Source: a virus (Duplodnaviria; Caudoviricetes). From it: a DNA stretch of 64,000 nucleotides. Position 1 is the stretch's first letter; the number at the start of each line of letters is the position of its first letter. Shown piece by piece: positions 39,701-47,779 of the stretch. The notes under the pieces are model-generated. The model had not been told where the DNA came from, did no database searches, and worked only from the letters and a program-made list of their open reading frames with translations. Made by a program: the position numbers and the translations under genes. Location: positions 950-64,949 of the IMG/VR virus record IMGVR_UViG_3300037863_000105; one strand, written 5' to 3'.

Positions 39701-42700
39701 TAATTTGCCATCTTCACCATTGCGAATGCCAGTGATACGGAAATAATCTTTAGCAGTAATGTCACCAACCTGAAGGTCAGAAGCTTTAAACTTTGCAATG
39801 AATGGAGCATCTGCTGCAGGTAGTTCATCAGCAATCAGTGCTTTAGCAACATCGCCTTCTTCTGCTTCTTTATTTGTAGGGTCTACAAAGTTTGCACCAG
39901 CGGCCTGAACTGCAGCTTTGTGCTCTGCAAGGTCTGCATCGTACTTAGCCTGAGCAGCAGGGTCTTGAACTCCCCACTCTCCATCAATCTTCTTCATCTT
40001 GCCATAAGCGGCAAGCTCTGGCTTGTCTAGTGCAGGTGCAACACCTTTTGCAGGTGCAGCAACTCCACGAATAACCTCAATGTTTCCATTGGCAAACCAG
40101 TTACGGTCTTGAGTCTTATGCCCTGGGTAGTAGCCCTTGACATTAATTCTATTAAGTTTCTTATTATTCTGGTCTGCAGTTGCAGCATCTGGCTGAGCAA
40201 CTTCTTCAATAACAAAGAATTCGTTATCACGAACTGCAATATCGCCTGGCTGTAAATCTTTTGCTGCAATCATCTCACGGCGAGGCTCGCCCATTGCTAG
40301 GTCAGCCTCTTGTGAACCTAGCTCTGCTGTGGCTCCTCTGGCTCCTTCGGGAGCTTGTTGAGCTCCTTCTGGTCCGCCAGCCTCAGGATTTGCGGGAAGT
40401 CCTGCCTTTGGTTCACTGGCGTCGGGTCCTTGCGCGTCCTGCGCAGGTGATTTCTCTGGTTGGGCAGGTGCTTCTTGGACATTTTCCCCTTCCAATGCTT
40501 TGACAATTTCTTGCTCTGATGGCTTGTTGTCTTTGCCTTCGTCATAGATGTCTTGGATTAGCGCGTTAGTGTCTTCACCTTGCAACTGCAGTGCATCACG
40601 AATTGCTTCTCCTGGAACCTGAGCAACGTACTCTTCGCCTTCAGGAGTCTCTTGAGCAAGAAGCCCACTTCCTGGCATATCATTAGATGGCTCAATGGCA
40701 CGACGAAGTTCACCTTCGAGTTCTTCTTTGTCATAGCCAAGAGCGATATCTACAGGGTTGTTTGAGAAACCTTCTGGAGCATCTGCAGGTATTGGTGCTT
40801 CATCTGGATTGAATGCATCATTTGATAAACCTGCGTAGCCTTCTGGAACATCATGTTCTACGTTCTGTGGTAAATACTTTTTGTAGTCACCATTGTCTAC
40901 AAAATCACGCTGTTCTTCAGGTGTCATACCTTCAATAAGTGGAGGCAGTTCACGGTCTGGAATTTTAGCAACAGGGGCTGCTGGAGCATCTGCATCTACC
41001 TCTTGAGCTGGAGCGGCTTTTTTCTTGCCACCCATCTGCTCATAAATATCATTAAGGAATTTGTCTACATCAACGCCCTGCTCTTTTAATGCGTTGTAGA
41101 GGGCCTCAGCAGGTACAACTTCATCTCCTGCTTGGAATGGAAGCTGTCCAGCACCAATAGCGGGGTCTTGAGGAGTTCCTTCAACTGCTTCTTTGAGAGA
41201 GTCTTGCAATTCTTCTTGGTCAAACTTTTGAGCAAGCTCTGCAGGGTCATCAGTGAAGTCTGGAGACTCTTGACCGTCTATTGCGCCTTCTGGCTTGTAC
41301 TCATCTCGGTCTACGTCGTAAGAGCCTGCTGGCGGTTTAATCTTTGCTTTAATCTTGCCAATAAGTCCTGGCTCTTCATCTGGAAGAACTACTTGCCTTT
41401 TGTTATTACGAAGAACTTCTCCCGTGTCAGAATCTACAACTGAGCCATCTGGAAGTACTGCCCAGTTCTTGCGTGGGTCTAATGGAAGCAATCCACCATT
41501 CTTGCGGAAATCTTTAAGATTCTTTCTATACTCACGGAGGTCGCGACGAGTTGGTTTTTCAACTGCAGGGATGAAGTCTGTTCCCTCAGGGAAGTCTGTT
41601 GGGCTCTTATCTGGAATAGTTGCAACTGGCTTATCTGTTGGGGTTCTATCTCCACCATCATCCCCACCTACGCGCTCTGGTGCTGGGTTTTCGTTCTTTT
41701 CAAATTTAGGTTCATCTTGTCCGATAAAGTCTTGTGCTTCAGCCCATGATTGGACAGCAGCAAACGGACGGTCATCTTCTTGTCCACGGCGGTTAACAAG
41801 GAACACTGGCTTATTAGGGTCTAACTGATTATTTGCGCCATCACCTTGTGCAACAACATTTTGACCTTCTGCTTCACGCTGCTGCGCAACTTCAAACATG
41901 TCACGGGCGTAAGCATTGTTTTCAATTTTAATTACATCGTATGCATCGTCTGTATATTTAGTTCCAAGGTCAACATTGTCACCGTACTGCTTGGCATCTT
42001 CAGGATTTGGAGTCCATGCATTATCGCGACGGAACCCATCTGGAGCCTCTACCTCTTGTAGGTCTGCTTCATTGATTACTGGGTCTTTTGCTGAAACCTT
42101 CGCTGGATTCTTGGCATAGCCATCTTTAGTCTGCTGACTTGGGATAGTTGCTTTGATTGCCTCAACGTTTTTTGCTGGAACTCTGTAAAGCTTTCCATCT
42201 GGTGTTTCCAAATCAAAAGTATCAGTTTCAATACCCTGAGAAACAGCGCGACCATTCAAATTCTGAATCATGCCATTGGCACGGCGAATAAGTGCACGAA
42301 GGCCACCACCCATCTCAGCGAAGCGACCCTTACGGTCACGACGTTGACGCATTGCACGTGCAGAACGAGCAAGGGAAGAGTTTCCATCACCTAGTGCTGC
42401 TAGAAGTGCGTACTGAGGAATCTGACCTTCAGGGAAAGATACAAGGCGAGCAACTGAGTATTCGTACTCTGCAGACTCTGGATGCGTACTCAATGCAGAT
42501 GCAAGAAGTGTTTTGACAGTTAAGTCTTGAATAGAAGGGTCATCAGTTACCCAACGGGCACGAGACTTCATAAGAGAAGCAACAGTCATATCGTGTGCAC
42601 GTGTTGAGCGTGGGTGTGCAACTGGTAGTAGGTCTGTGTGCTCTGGGGTCGTGCTTAGTGAGCGATTGTGCTGAGCAAGAGTTATGTATTGAGAAAGTTC

Positions 42701-42985
42701 AGTTAATGCACGGTGCTTGCGAACAGAGAAAGGCTCTGCTTCATTTCTAGCAATAGAACGCTCAACAACAGTTATTGCTGCTCTTTGGGTAATGATTCGA
42801 GTTCCAGAGAAGTCTGCGTTTGATTCCTGCATAAGGGATAAGGCAGCATCTTTAATCTTTTGTGTCTGCTCTTCAATCGTTGTTAGATTCTTGGCACGCT
42901 TGATAGGTACGCAGTTAGGAACATTTTTACCGTTCTTCTTTTTCATTCCAACTTGCTTGTAGCCATCCCAGCAGGGGTTTTCCAT
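33731..42985 (-). CDS. giant multidomain head-region protein: SH3-like repeats, DEDDh 3'-5' exonuclease, helical repeats, C-terminal HipA/PI3K-like kinase
   Basis: VFDFETTG, QNAKFD, WHDGAND (about 38750-39290); FIVKK, EYEAARI, NTDRHYGN, PIDHG (about 33800-34480); encoded between portal and protease. Confidence 0.8.
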   Translation of the reverse strand: MENPCWDGYKQVGMKKKNGKNVPNCVPIKRAKNLTTIEEQTQKIKDAALSLMQESNADFSGTRIITQRAAITVVERSIARNEAEPFSVRKHRALTELSQYITLAQHNRSLSTTPEHTDLLPVAHPRSTRAHDMTVASLMKSRARWVTDDPSIQDLTVKTLLASALSTHPESAEYEYSVARLVSFPEGQIPQYALLAALGDGNSSLARSARAMRQRRDRKGRFAEMGGGLRALIRRANGMIQNLNGRAVSQGIETDTFDLETPDGKLYRVPAKNVEAIKATIPSQQTKDGYAKNPAKVSAKDPVINEADLQEVEAPDGFRRDNAWTPNPEDAKQYGDNVDLGTKYTDDAYDVIKIENNAYARDMFEVAQQREAEGQNVVAQGDGANNQLDPNKPVFLVNRRGQEDDRPFAAVQSWAEAQDFIGQDEPKFEKNENPAPERVGGDDGGDRTPTDKPVATIPDKSPTDFPEGTDFIPAVEKPTRRDLREYRKNLKDFRKNGGLLPLDPRKNWAVLPDGSVVDSDTGEVLRNNKRQVVLPDEEPGLIGKIKAKIKPPAGSYDVDRDEYKPEGAIDGQESPDFTDDPAELAQKFDQEELQDSLKEAVEGTPQDPAIGAGQLPFQAGDEVVPAEALYNALKEQGVDVDKFLNDIYEQMGGKKKAAPAQEVDADAPAAPVAKIPDRELPPLIEGMTPEEQRDFVDNGDYKKYLPQNVEHDVPEGYAGLSNDAFNPDEAPIPADAPEGFSNNPVDIALGYDKEELEGELRRAIEPSNDMPGSGLLAQETPEGEEYVAQVPGEAIRDALQLQGEDTNALIQDIYDEGKDNKPSEQEIVKALEGENVQEAPAQPEKSPAQDAQGPDASEPKAGLPANPEAGGPEGAQQAPEGARGATAELGSQEADLAMGEPRREMIAAKDLQPGDIAVRDNEFFVIEEVAQPDAATADQNNKKLNRINVKGYYPGHKTQDRNWFANGNIEVIRGVAAPAKGVAPALDKPELAAYGKMKKIDGEWGVQDPAAQAKYDADLAEHKAAVQAAGANFVDPTNKEAEEGDVAKALIADELPAADAPFIAKFKASDLQVGDITAKDYFRITGIRNGEDGKLIVEGHYPGQGLQEKQWWPNTGVEVIRGIDEANAPQLGEGSLHRPAGRGPKGGWFPVDDTALNAEHEAKLAEAKGRWNPPADLPIVSAAQAKGEDKLEDNVKLPPQPREPAYPAFMGKFAEWAKESGGSWSEFKKKLAGQDLIVFDFETTGVNFKDGNEPWQIAAVKMRDGKIVDRINIFMNPGKSIKDTYAGANAKDPDGNLLTDEFFADKPNQAEGLQQFLDWAGENPLAIAQNAKFDDEVMKRKAEQLGLNWTPAGVADTMGMADAIFKDAPDAPARKSLAVIAEYFGIKNENWHDGANDAEVTAQMFNALIEKGIEGDFGVAALDADAQKAAYDDKMAKLQPRIDEYNQAVADYLANKTVKDIFAGNDVKLEDIQNQAPGVLPEGPIENIGAMGNPEQVPEVQPDLVDVQQMSAFPDGKMRIAEAGWADNFDNVDVLNRGEIHANSLRPGDFVHPKKDDPEFMQVVSIRGGEEFGEPEFKRRVVMQNAEGQKKVVIWNQNAFLDEVRRPKDRAALAGEPLPEAPRTPEDVNMQAVTVARGNAILEIKPDGNDFVMKARLLDDAGNEIYTVGGRYITPEGAEAEGKALLRRAGLEYAQKQRSDAGQPVSKEKSVAIGNEPADVDQLPVIEVVENLPVGEGQNEITPRVEEGNVVFKSDAKLVDDGEVVAQVVEDFPNKQEASAGGRNNIDAMAEAIAEEIAKRRDGMLLMSEGRGRGNLPEIPQKYRRQVYLRMLAGLYADSKGNPLAIGDKVIHENPEKADKYGEGVVVGKVQGRIGGLQRKGVVYVDYVRVQYPDGTIRKYASRFQRHVDSNVAKQRFDAEPRINWMNQDEMDIALAERRKKPRKGGTAAVDAADAEVEKVLSDVKNVVDGFVEPPAEDGQPVDKPSFQNDIDWFKKNAEPQRMLAREVRVGDFMPTTGDKNIGRVVALHDLDRAVRIEVEFPDGVRYLYRPIDKNFALNNIYRLDEAVVPEAPIAQTPEAEAPAVESPAAGGDAFVDLNDADAIKQKLNDLAAQMPKFRNTRGEKNARWARRRIDELAERMAYTPLDRLDTYELRDAIAYANRIADPALKEKILPELEKLRENIIAKRDALLQERKDRIAENLKRPFDENLLPTAPDAVQINAAIDDILNRFPGEIDRDIAGNIDRAKSKLNEVKRALADKAPGDFDRINQRYMNEAIEYLRGGGIDVEAQDALADNLNKINAIIIKQAAEDRAVRQAKYIERLNQPLAEGVFPANAEDVNREKIKNAVDAVIALLPTQTERDAEDDLYRAADNLRDYRNALENEDPDKVSDRQLQAAIDYLRRAKDGRQDEIAGELAGMRQFIIDNKEQFREQRLAEYKKRLAEPFDENLVIGDPVDFNKEKIEGIFQALADKLPKQNEVDADAQVRRAGDYARRGLANIQNIADVDEEAGLRAFDDTPLRKIIDKINANGDEDEKQVAEFAERALNQLVEKKNLLKGQAREKFLARRNVELPENIAPEENRESKQDFMNFVGEIIDRLPKDEDEEADARPIRALRALRNYRDELDSTVDPLKVTQSELTSAIDNLKNANDEKYREFALQLQDMQGFIAQRLIDRPLQPFAGVNLEEVDPIKLAEQRVAAKENPFKASPELQAEFENEDLYVNEAFLSPFKEELKVFFNGDENPLASLDMRARQALGQKIAQKLKSKEQRTLEQTKELVALAVALHNERDIYQPQRDNVGPAGLRLLDFDPKEIMEAARNTNGDVEINLNGQGTGFKGKLLGGGINAAFTFIFTDIETGQQFIVKKERSEREARAEYEAARIAQAFGIGGRVMTELFPNNSSYLIQTMAGDAVRLDAKPKDYGDVRNRIKNPEDRANMVDLVATALLDAVINNTDRHYGNFLAAEADKVGVQGNGHEDVYLLPIDHGFAAVLNGGATGGLVSAPNFILEDNGRHLGDINRNLAKKMGGDAYKELADMSIQQAIQYLERVNGGELRPDMLKKVIDRLEALRGIEASRWKRWAGR

Positions 42986-44385
42986 CAGATATCTCCTTTA
43001 GGTAGCAAGTCAGCATCAAGGCTGTCATGAGTCATAGTTACAAACATTGATGCACGTTTAAATGGATTCTCTCCGTTACGCACTCCACGAAGCCATGAAG
43101 CTCTAACAGCGGGCTCTAACTCGTATCCAAGCCCTGAGTATTCAGTTAAAGCAAAAATTGCTTCCTCAGGAGATTCATACTCCTCGTAAGCCTTAATCTC
43201 TATGCTTAACTCATCTTCCGCGTAGGCAGATGCAAGTAGAAGTTCCAAAGTATTTTTATCACGAAGAGGGATATCGTAACCTTTAACTACTCCTTCTGGA
43301 ATTACTGCAAAGCGGCACTTACCTTCTGCTTCAACCTCAAGAGAGATAATCTGACAGTTGTTAGGTCCTTGGAAGAATACGCAGTTTGAGCACTTAACTC
43401 CAATGTCTGCAACATCATTTTCTGCAGCAGGTGTGTAGCCAGCCCAAACGCCGTCGCCATCTTGGTCAAAGGGACCGTGCTTCTGAGTGATTGCAATAAG
43501 TGCTTCTGCTAAATCTTGTTCTTCTGGAATTAATCCAGACGCTGTCATAGAAGAAGCTTTCTTCTTGCTAGAGCGAGGGTGAGATGCTGGCAGTAAATCG
43601 TTATCTGTGGTGTATGCAGAGTTCTTTGGCTTACCAGACTTTAGAAGACGAAGGAAAGCATTTACTCTGCCCATTGCCCACTGGTTGCGTGTCATACCTG
43701 GGCGGTGAGAACCTGAATAAGCTCCTGCTCCACGGCGATAAACAGCTTTTAGCATTCCTAAAGTAGCACGACGACCTTTAGGTGCATTCTTGTTGTGCTC
43801 TTCTACCTTGTTTGCAATTGCCTTTTCGGTCTTGGCATCAAACGTAATTTTTTTACTTCCAGATGCAGAACCTTTTTTGTTCTTATCTGAACCCTTTACA
43901 TTGTCCTTCTTAGGAGCAGGAGTCTGAGAGATTGTGCGCTTATCAGCTGCAGCAGTTACAGAAACTTCTTTTTCCTCTGTGACGGGTCCACCAGCAACCC
44001 AAGCGCGACAGGTACGAGCAGATGCACACTTAAAGTCAAATATTTCGCAGTAGCCTAGTTCACCTGCTGCATCAATTGCTTCAAACTCATCTTTATCAGT
44101 TGTTAGACCACTCTCGATGCATGAAAGCATATTTGGAGTTTGAATGAATACTGCGCAGTTGCCACAGCGTTGCTTCTTAGCAGTCTCGGCATCTACGTTC
44201 CACTCAGCGCCTAGCTTGGACCAATACTCTTCGTTTGGTTCTGCAGGATTAAGAGGGCCATACATCGCTGTGTCAATAGCGTTCTTACGATTCTCAAGAT
44301 TGACTGCAATATCTTGTGTAGCAGGAGGACATGAAATTGCAGCAGCAACTACAGGAGTAATTGAGATTAGTTTTTTCTCGTCCAT
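42985..44385 (-). CDS. multidomain head-region protein with two Cys-rich modules
   Basis: CPPAT...CGNC...C...YC...C...C.AW module; KAVYRRGAGAY...QWAMGRVNAFL module; CSNC..F....C.........G.C module. Confidence 0.7.
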   Translation of the reverse strand: MDEKKLISITPVVAAAISCPPATQDIAVNLENRKNAIDTAMYGPLNPAEPNEEYWSKLGAEWNVDAETAKKQRCGNCAVFIQTPNMLSCIESGLTTDKDEFEAIDAAGELGYCEIFDFKCASARTCRAWVAGGPVTEEKEVSVTAAADKRTISQTPAPKKDNVKGSDKNKKGSASGSKKITFDAKTEKAIANKVEEHNKNAPKGRRATLGMLKAVYRRGAGAYSGSHRPGMTRNQWAMGRVNAFLRLLKSGKPKNSAYTTDNDLLPASHPRSSKKKASSMTASGLIPEEQDLAEALIAITQKHGPFDQDGDGVWAGYTPAAENDVADIGVKCSNCVFFQGPNNCQIISLEVEAEGKCRFAVIPEGVVKGYDIPLRDKNTLELLLASAYAEDELSIEIKAYEEYESPEEAIFALTEYSGLGYELEPAVRASWLRGVRNGENPFKRASMFVTMTHDSLDADLLPKGDI

Positions 44386-46118
44386 TACTGAGCAACCCCT
44401 GGGGCTTGTTCTACTGGTGCAGCAGGAGCTGGTTGAGATAGCGCTTCTGCAACTGCATCTGGAATTGGTGCAACTGATGATGCTTGTTGCGCAGCTTTTA
44501 CAGCGTTCATAATCTCGGGTGCAATAGCAGCGAGCATCGCTTCTGTTAACTCTGGGGTCATAGCGCCCTTTTCAGTCATCATGCGAAGTGCCAACTCGTT
44601 TGGAGTTGGTGCATCTTGGTCTGAGAAACCGTGAGCACGACGCCATGTGTCAGAGGAGATTGCCATACGGTCATAACCTGCGTCAGCATCTGCTGCACGG
44701 TCATTGCGTGTGGAAACTGCTGATGGGTCATACCAAACTGTAATTCTGTTTGCTTCGGACTCTGTGTATCCATTTGCAATGAGGTACGGGCGCAAGTAGA
44801 CAACTGTGAGTGAGTCACAGATGAGAAGCATCATTGGCTCGATGTGCGCCTTGTACAGGGCCTCATCAATTTGTAGAGCGTTAGAGTACTTAACGTTCGC
44901 TAGTCCCGTCACAACGTCTTTTGGAACATCTAGGCCTTGCAAGATGCGCTCTAGTACGCGGTCAGAACGCTCAGCTAGTGCTGGGTCGAATGAACGCTCA
45001 AACTTAAACTGCTTAATCTTGTCGCCAAGTTCTGCAGGTCCGCGGATGATAAGTGGCACAACGGCTGATGCAGATTCTTCATCACGAATAGGAGTTGTCA
45101 TCGCATCAATGAGTTGCTCTTCGAATTCATCTTCTGCTTCTTCTGCTGTAAAGCCAGCACCCATTCCGTCTTCGGAATCGTATGGGTAATCTGGGTCAGC
45201 TTGGGCTGCAACAGAAAGACCATCTGGTAGGTAAAGAGCACCAGCATTAAGGCGAGAACGGGCAGTGGCGCGGAAGGTACGGTTAAGCAAAAGTAATTCC
45301 GCGCAGAGGTCTAGTAGACCGCGCAATGATGAATCTGCTTCATCAGAAAAACGTGGGTGTGAACGCCAGATGCGTCCTACGAATGCTTTGTTACCTAAAC
45401 GCGATACTCCGTATGCACTTCCTTGACCTTGAGCCTGCTCGCGACGACCGATAACAGTTAAGGCACCTTTTGCATCTGTAATAACTTCATCTACAGAACG
45501 CACATCCCAAGACTCTGGAGTTCCTGAGCCTTGACGAGCTGGCATCTGTACTAAATAGCATTCTCCAGCAACAGAAAGATTTAATGCTGCATCTTTTAGA
45601 AGACCTGCTTGGCCTCCATATGCAGAGTTCAAACGCTCTAGGGCGCGTTCTGCAGCAGATGCAAGTCCTTGGTCAATAACGCGAGATTCATTTACTGAAA
45701 TCGGAGCCTGTGAAGGGTCATCAATGGCAGCGGCAAAAACTCGGATTCTAGATACAACGGATGCAACAAGGTTAAACGCATATTTTATTTCACCAATCGC
45801 GTCGTAGTATTCCCAAGCCTCTGCTTGCCATGCACTTGATGAAGCGTGACGGCGTGTTTTGAACTGCTCGAATTCTCCTTTGTCATTAACCTTTACCTGC
45901 GCAGCGGCTGCAGTTAAGGAACGTGGAGCGTTGTATGAAAGTGGCTGAGGGGAGTTATTTGTTGATGTAAAAATTGATGAAAGACCTGAAGTCTTAGGGG
46001 CGGTCTGATTGATGATGACCTGCGTAGAGCGGTTAGTCGAACGCTTGCGAGGAGTCTTAGGCTTGGCAGCAGAAGTCGTTGGCTCTACTACTGGCTCTTC
46101 TTTTTTGAATACGCTCAT
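44385..46118 (-). CDS. portal protein (cluster-B-like)
   Basis: WQAEAWEYYDAIGEIKY...SR.R, NLSVAGECY, RIWRSHPR, ASAVVPLII.GP, ILQGLDVP. Confidence 0.85.
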   Translation of the reverse strand: MSVFKKEEPVVEPTTSAAKPKTPRKRSTNRSTQVIINQTAPKTSGLSSIFTSTNNSPQPLSYNAPRSLTAAAAQVKVNDKGEFEQFKTRRHASSSAWQAEAWEYYDAIGEIKYAFNLVASVVSRIRVFAAAIDDPSQAPISVNESRVIDQGLASAAERALERLNSAYGGQAGLLKDAALNLSVAGECYLVQMPARQGSGTPESWDVRSVDEVITDAKGALTVIGRREQAQGQGSAYGVSRLGNKAFVGRIWRSHPRFSDEADSSLRGLLDLCAELLLLNRTFRATARSRLNAGALYLPDGLSVAAQADPDYPYDSEDGMGAGFTAEEAEDEFEEQLIDAMTTPIRDEESASAVVPLIIRGPAELGDKIKQFKFERSFDPALAERSDRVLERILQGLDVPKDVVTGLANVKYSNALQIDEALYKAHIEPMMLLICDSLTVVYLRPYLIANGYTESEANRITVWYDPSAVSTRNDRAADADAGYDRMAISSDTWRRAHGFSDQDAPTPNELALRMMTEKGAMTPELTEAMLAAIAPEIMNAVKAAQQASSVAPIPDAVAEALSQPAPAAPVEQAPGVAQ

Positions 46119-46157
46119 TGGCGATTCTCCTCGTCATGTTTGTTACGGAATATAAGA

Positions 46158-46445
46158 TTACTTATCCTCATACGCAGTAAACAGTCCCGCTACTGCAGAT
46201 AAGGCAAATACCATAGCTACAGTAATAGTTACTGCAGTAATCATAGCAAACCCCCAGAGAAGCGATGCTACCCAAATCGATAAACACCACTCACAAGTGA
46301 GCAGATACCCAAGTTTACTGGATTCAGGGGGAAACTTCTTCCACCACCAATTTCTAAATCCCTCAAGGATTACGTCTCGGGTGAAGAGCCTGGTGATTCT
46401 GTAAGTTGCTAGACCCAAGATGACAAACTCAAAAAAACTAATCAT
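46158..46445 (-). CDS. DUF1360-like membrane protein
   Basis: LATYRITRL.T.D...LLTC.WC.SIW; hydrophobic helices. Confidence 0.75.
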   Translation of the reverse strand: MISFFEFVILGLATYRITRLFTRDVILEGFRNWWWKKFPPESSKLGYLLTCEWCLSIWVASLLWGFAMITAVTITVAMVFALSAVAGLFTAYEDK

Positions 46446-46807
46446 TCTGGGTCCTCACTTGACATAACAATTGCTGAACCGTATGGATTCCAGCCACGAA
46501 GCCTTGAGCCACATCCGCAATTGTCATCCCTACTTATAGCAATAATCTTCCCAGATACGGTAAGGGCGTGGGTAGTTTTACCCTCTTGGCTAGTATCTTC
46601 AACTTTTTCTTTAAAAATGACCTTAGGACCTTCTGGAGAGTCTTGAGCAATGATTAGAACATCATTAATAATAACGGCACGGCAACGGTCTACTCTTCGA
46701 GTTCCTTGAGGGACGTCTCCCGTAGTCTGAAGTGTTTTGTAATCCTCTAGAGAGTCCACTGGAGCCAGCTTTATAATAGCTGGGAAGACATCGATTACTT
46801 TACGCAT
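46442..46807 (-). CDS. hypothetical protein
   Basis: Start reset to ATG 46807 (MRKVIDVFPA), coupled to the upstream stop; CGCGSRLR motif. Confidence 0.6.
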   Translation of the reverse strand: MRKVIDVFPAIIKLAPVDSLEDYKTLQTTGDVPQGTRRVDRCRAVIINDVLIIAQDSPEGPKVIFKEKVEDTSQEGKTTHALTVSGKIIAISRDDNCGCGSRLRGWNPYGSAIVMSSEDPE

Positions 46808-47139
46808 TAGTTTGTATACTCTGTTGGGATGTAGAAGTTCTCCCAGCCAAGGGCGGTCTTTGCAAGAGAGAGCGGAATGAGCAAAGGGCAAGTTCTTTCT
46901 GTCTTTTGTATGAGTTCAAAGACTTCTTCATTTGTGCGAGCAAGAGTTGCTTTACTCCAAGAACGGTTGGAAGTAAGGGACTTGATAGGGAAAGCCATTG
47001 GGTAGCGTGAATTCTCAGAAGTCATAGTCTCAAGAGCTCGAGATTGCCGAGAGTTCTTATTTTTTGGGTTAACCCAGACAACAATTGCAAGCTCTTCTTC
47101 GCTATATGTGCCTGTAAGAGTCTTATATTGACGGCTCAT
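46807..47139 (-). CDS. hypothetical protein, first gene of the virion operon
   Basis: ATG 47139 preceded by AAGGAAAG. Confidence 0.55.
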   Translation of the reverse strand: MSRQYKTLTGTYSEEELAIVVWVNPKNKNSRQSRALETMTSENSRYPMAFPIKSLTSNRSWSKATLARTNEEVFELIQKTERTCPLLIPLSLAKTALGWENFYIPTEYTN

Positions 47140-47159
47140 CAGTCTTTCCTTGCCCAAAA

Positions 47160-47232
47160 CATAACAAAAACATGATTCCCAAAGATAATGTCAAGAGTTG
47201 GCTGTTTTTTATCATATAACATGATTCCAAAG
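47160..47232 (-). promoter_or_regulatory. putative virion-operon promoter with two direct repeats
   Basis: TTGACA at 47194-47189; AACATGATTCC(C)AAAG at 47169-47184 and 47218-47232. Confidence 0.5.
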
Positions 47233-47281
47233 AAATATTGGTTAATTCCCTGATTATTATTGTAATGACGGGACTTTAGCC

Positions 47282-47779
47282 TCATTTACTTAGCCTTCTT
47301 GCCATTGCGCGGTATGAAACACCAGCAGCCTCCGCGATTGCAGCTGTTGGAACGCCCATAGAGCGTAATGTACGTGCAATTGCTGTGAGTTCGTCATTAG
47401 CCACTGCTAAAGGGCTATTAGGGGACGTTTTAGCCCTATAACGCTTAGCCAGGTCCGAAAGCTGCTTTAGACGTGGTCTCATCTCTGAAGGGACTCCAGG
47501 GCTGATTGAACGTAGACGGGGTGCAGACTTAGTAGGAACCGAGGTGGTTAAAGACTTTGGAGGTGGAACTGGCAGAGTTCTTTGCTGTTCTAGTGGTTCT
47601 GCTCGCTTTACCCAGAAATGGATAGTTGTCTTAGGTCTTGGGGGATTGAGAGATGAGCCAAGAATTTGTAAGGACCAGCCAGATTCCCAGAGGGCACGGA
47701 GTCTTGCTTCCGCTTCTGGACGTGGCAGAGCTGCGATGAAGGCTACTTCATCTAGGGGCAACTTTATACTTTGGTCCAC
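47282..47779 (-). CDS. double helix-turn-helix DNA-binding protein (likely leaderless)
   Basis: GWSLQILG...KTTIHFWVKR and GVPTAAIAEAAGVSYRAMARRL; TACTAT 6 nt before the GTG start. Confidence 0.75.
   Translation of the reverse strand: MDQSIKLPLDEVAFIAALPRPEAEARLRALWESGWSLQILGSSLNPPRPKTTIHFWVKRAEPLEQQRTLPVPPPKSLTTSVPTKSAPRLRSISPGVPSEMRPRLKQLSDLAKRYRAKTSPNSPLAVANDELTAIARTLRSMGVPTAAIAEAAGVSYRAMARRLSK

Noticed and set aside
36810-40280. Intein/Hint domains in the giant protein (L.PGD motifs)
   Set aside because: No N-terminal Cys/Ser block or His-Asn end; modules are about 65 aa and fit SH3-like barrels better.
24160-45189. Many 60-160 aa alternative-frame or antisense ORFs in the head/tail region
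   Set aside because: Expected from codon bias of long genes; none shows domain features or initiation signals.
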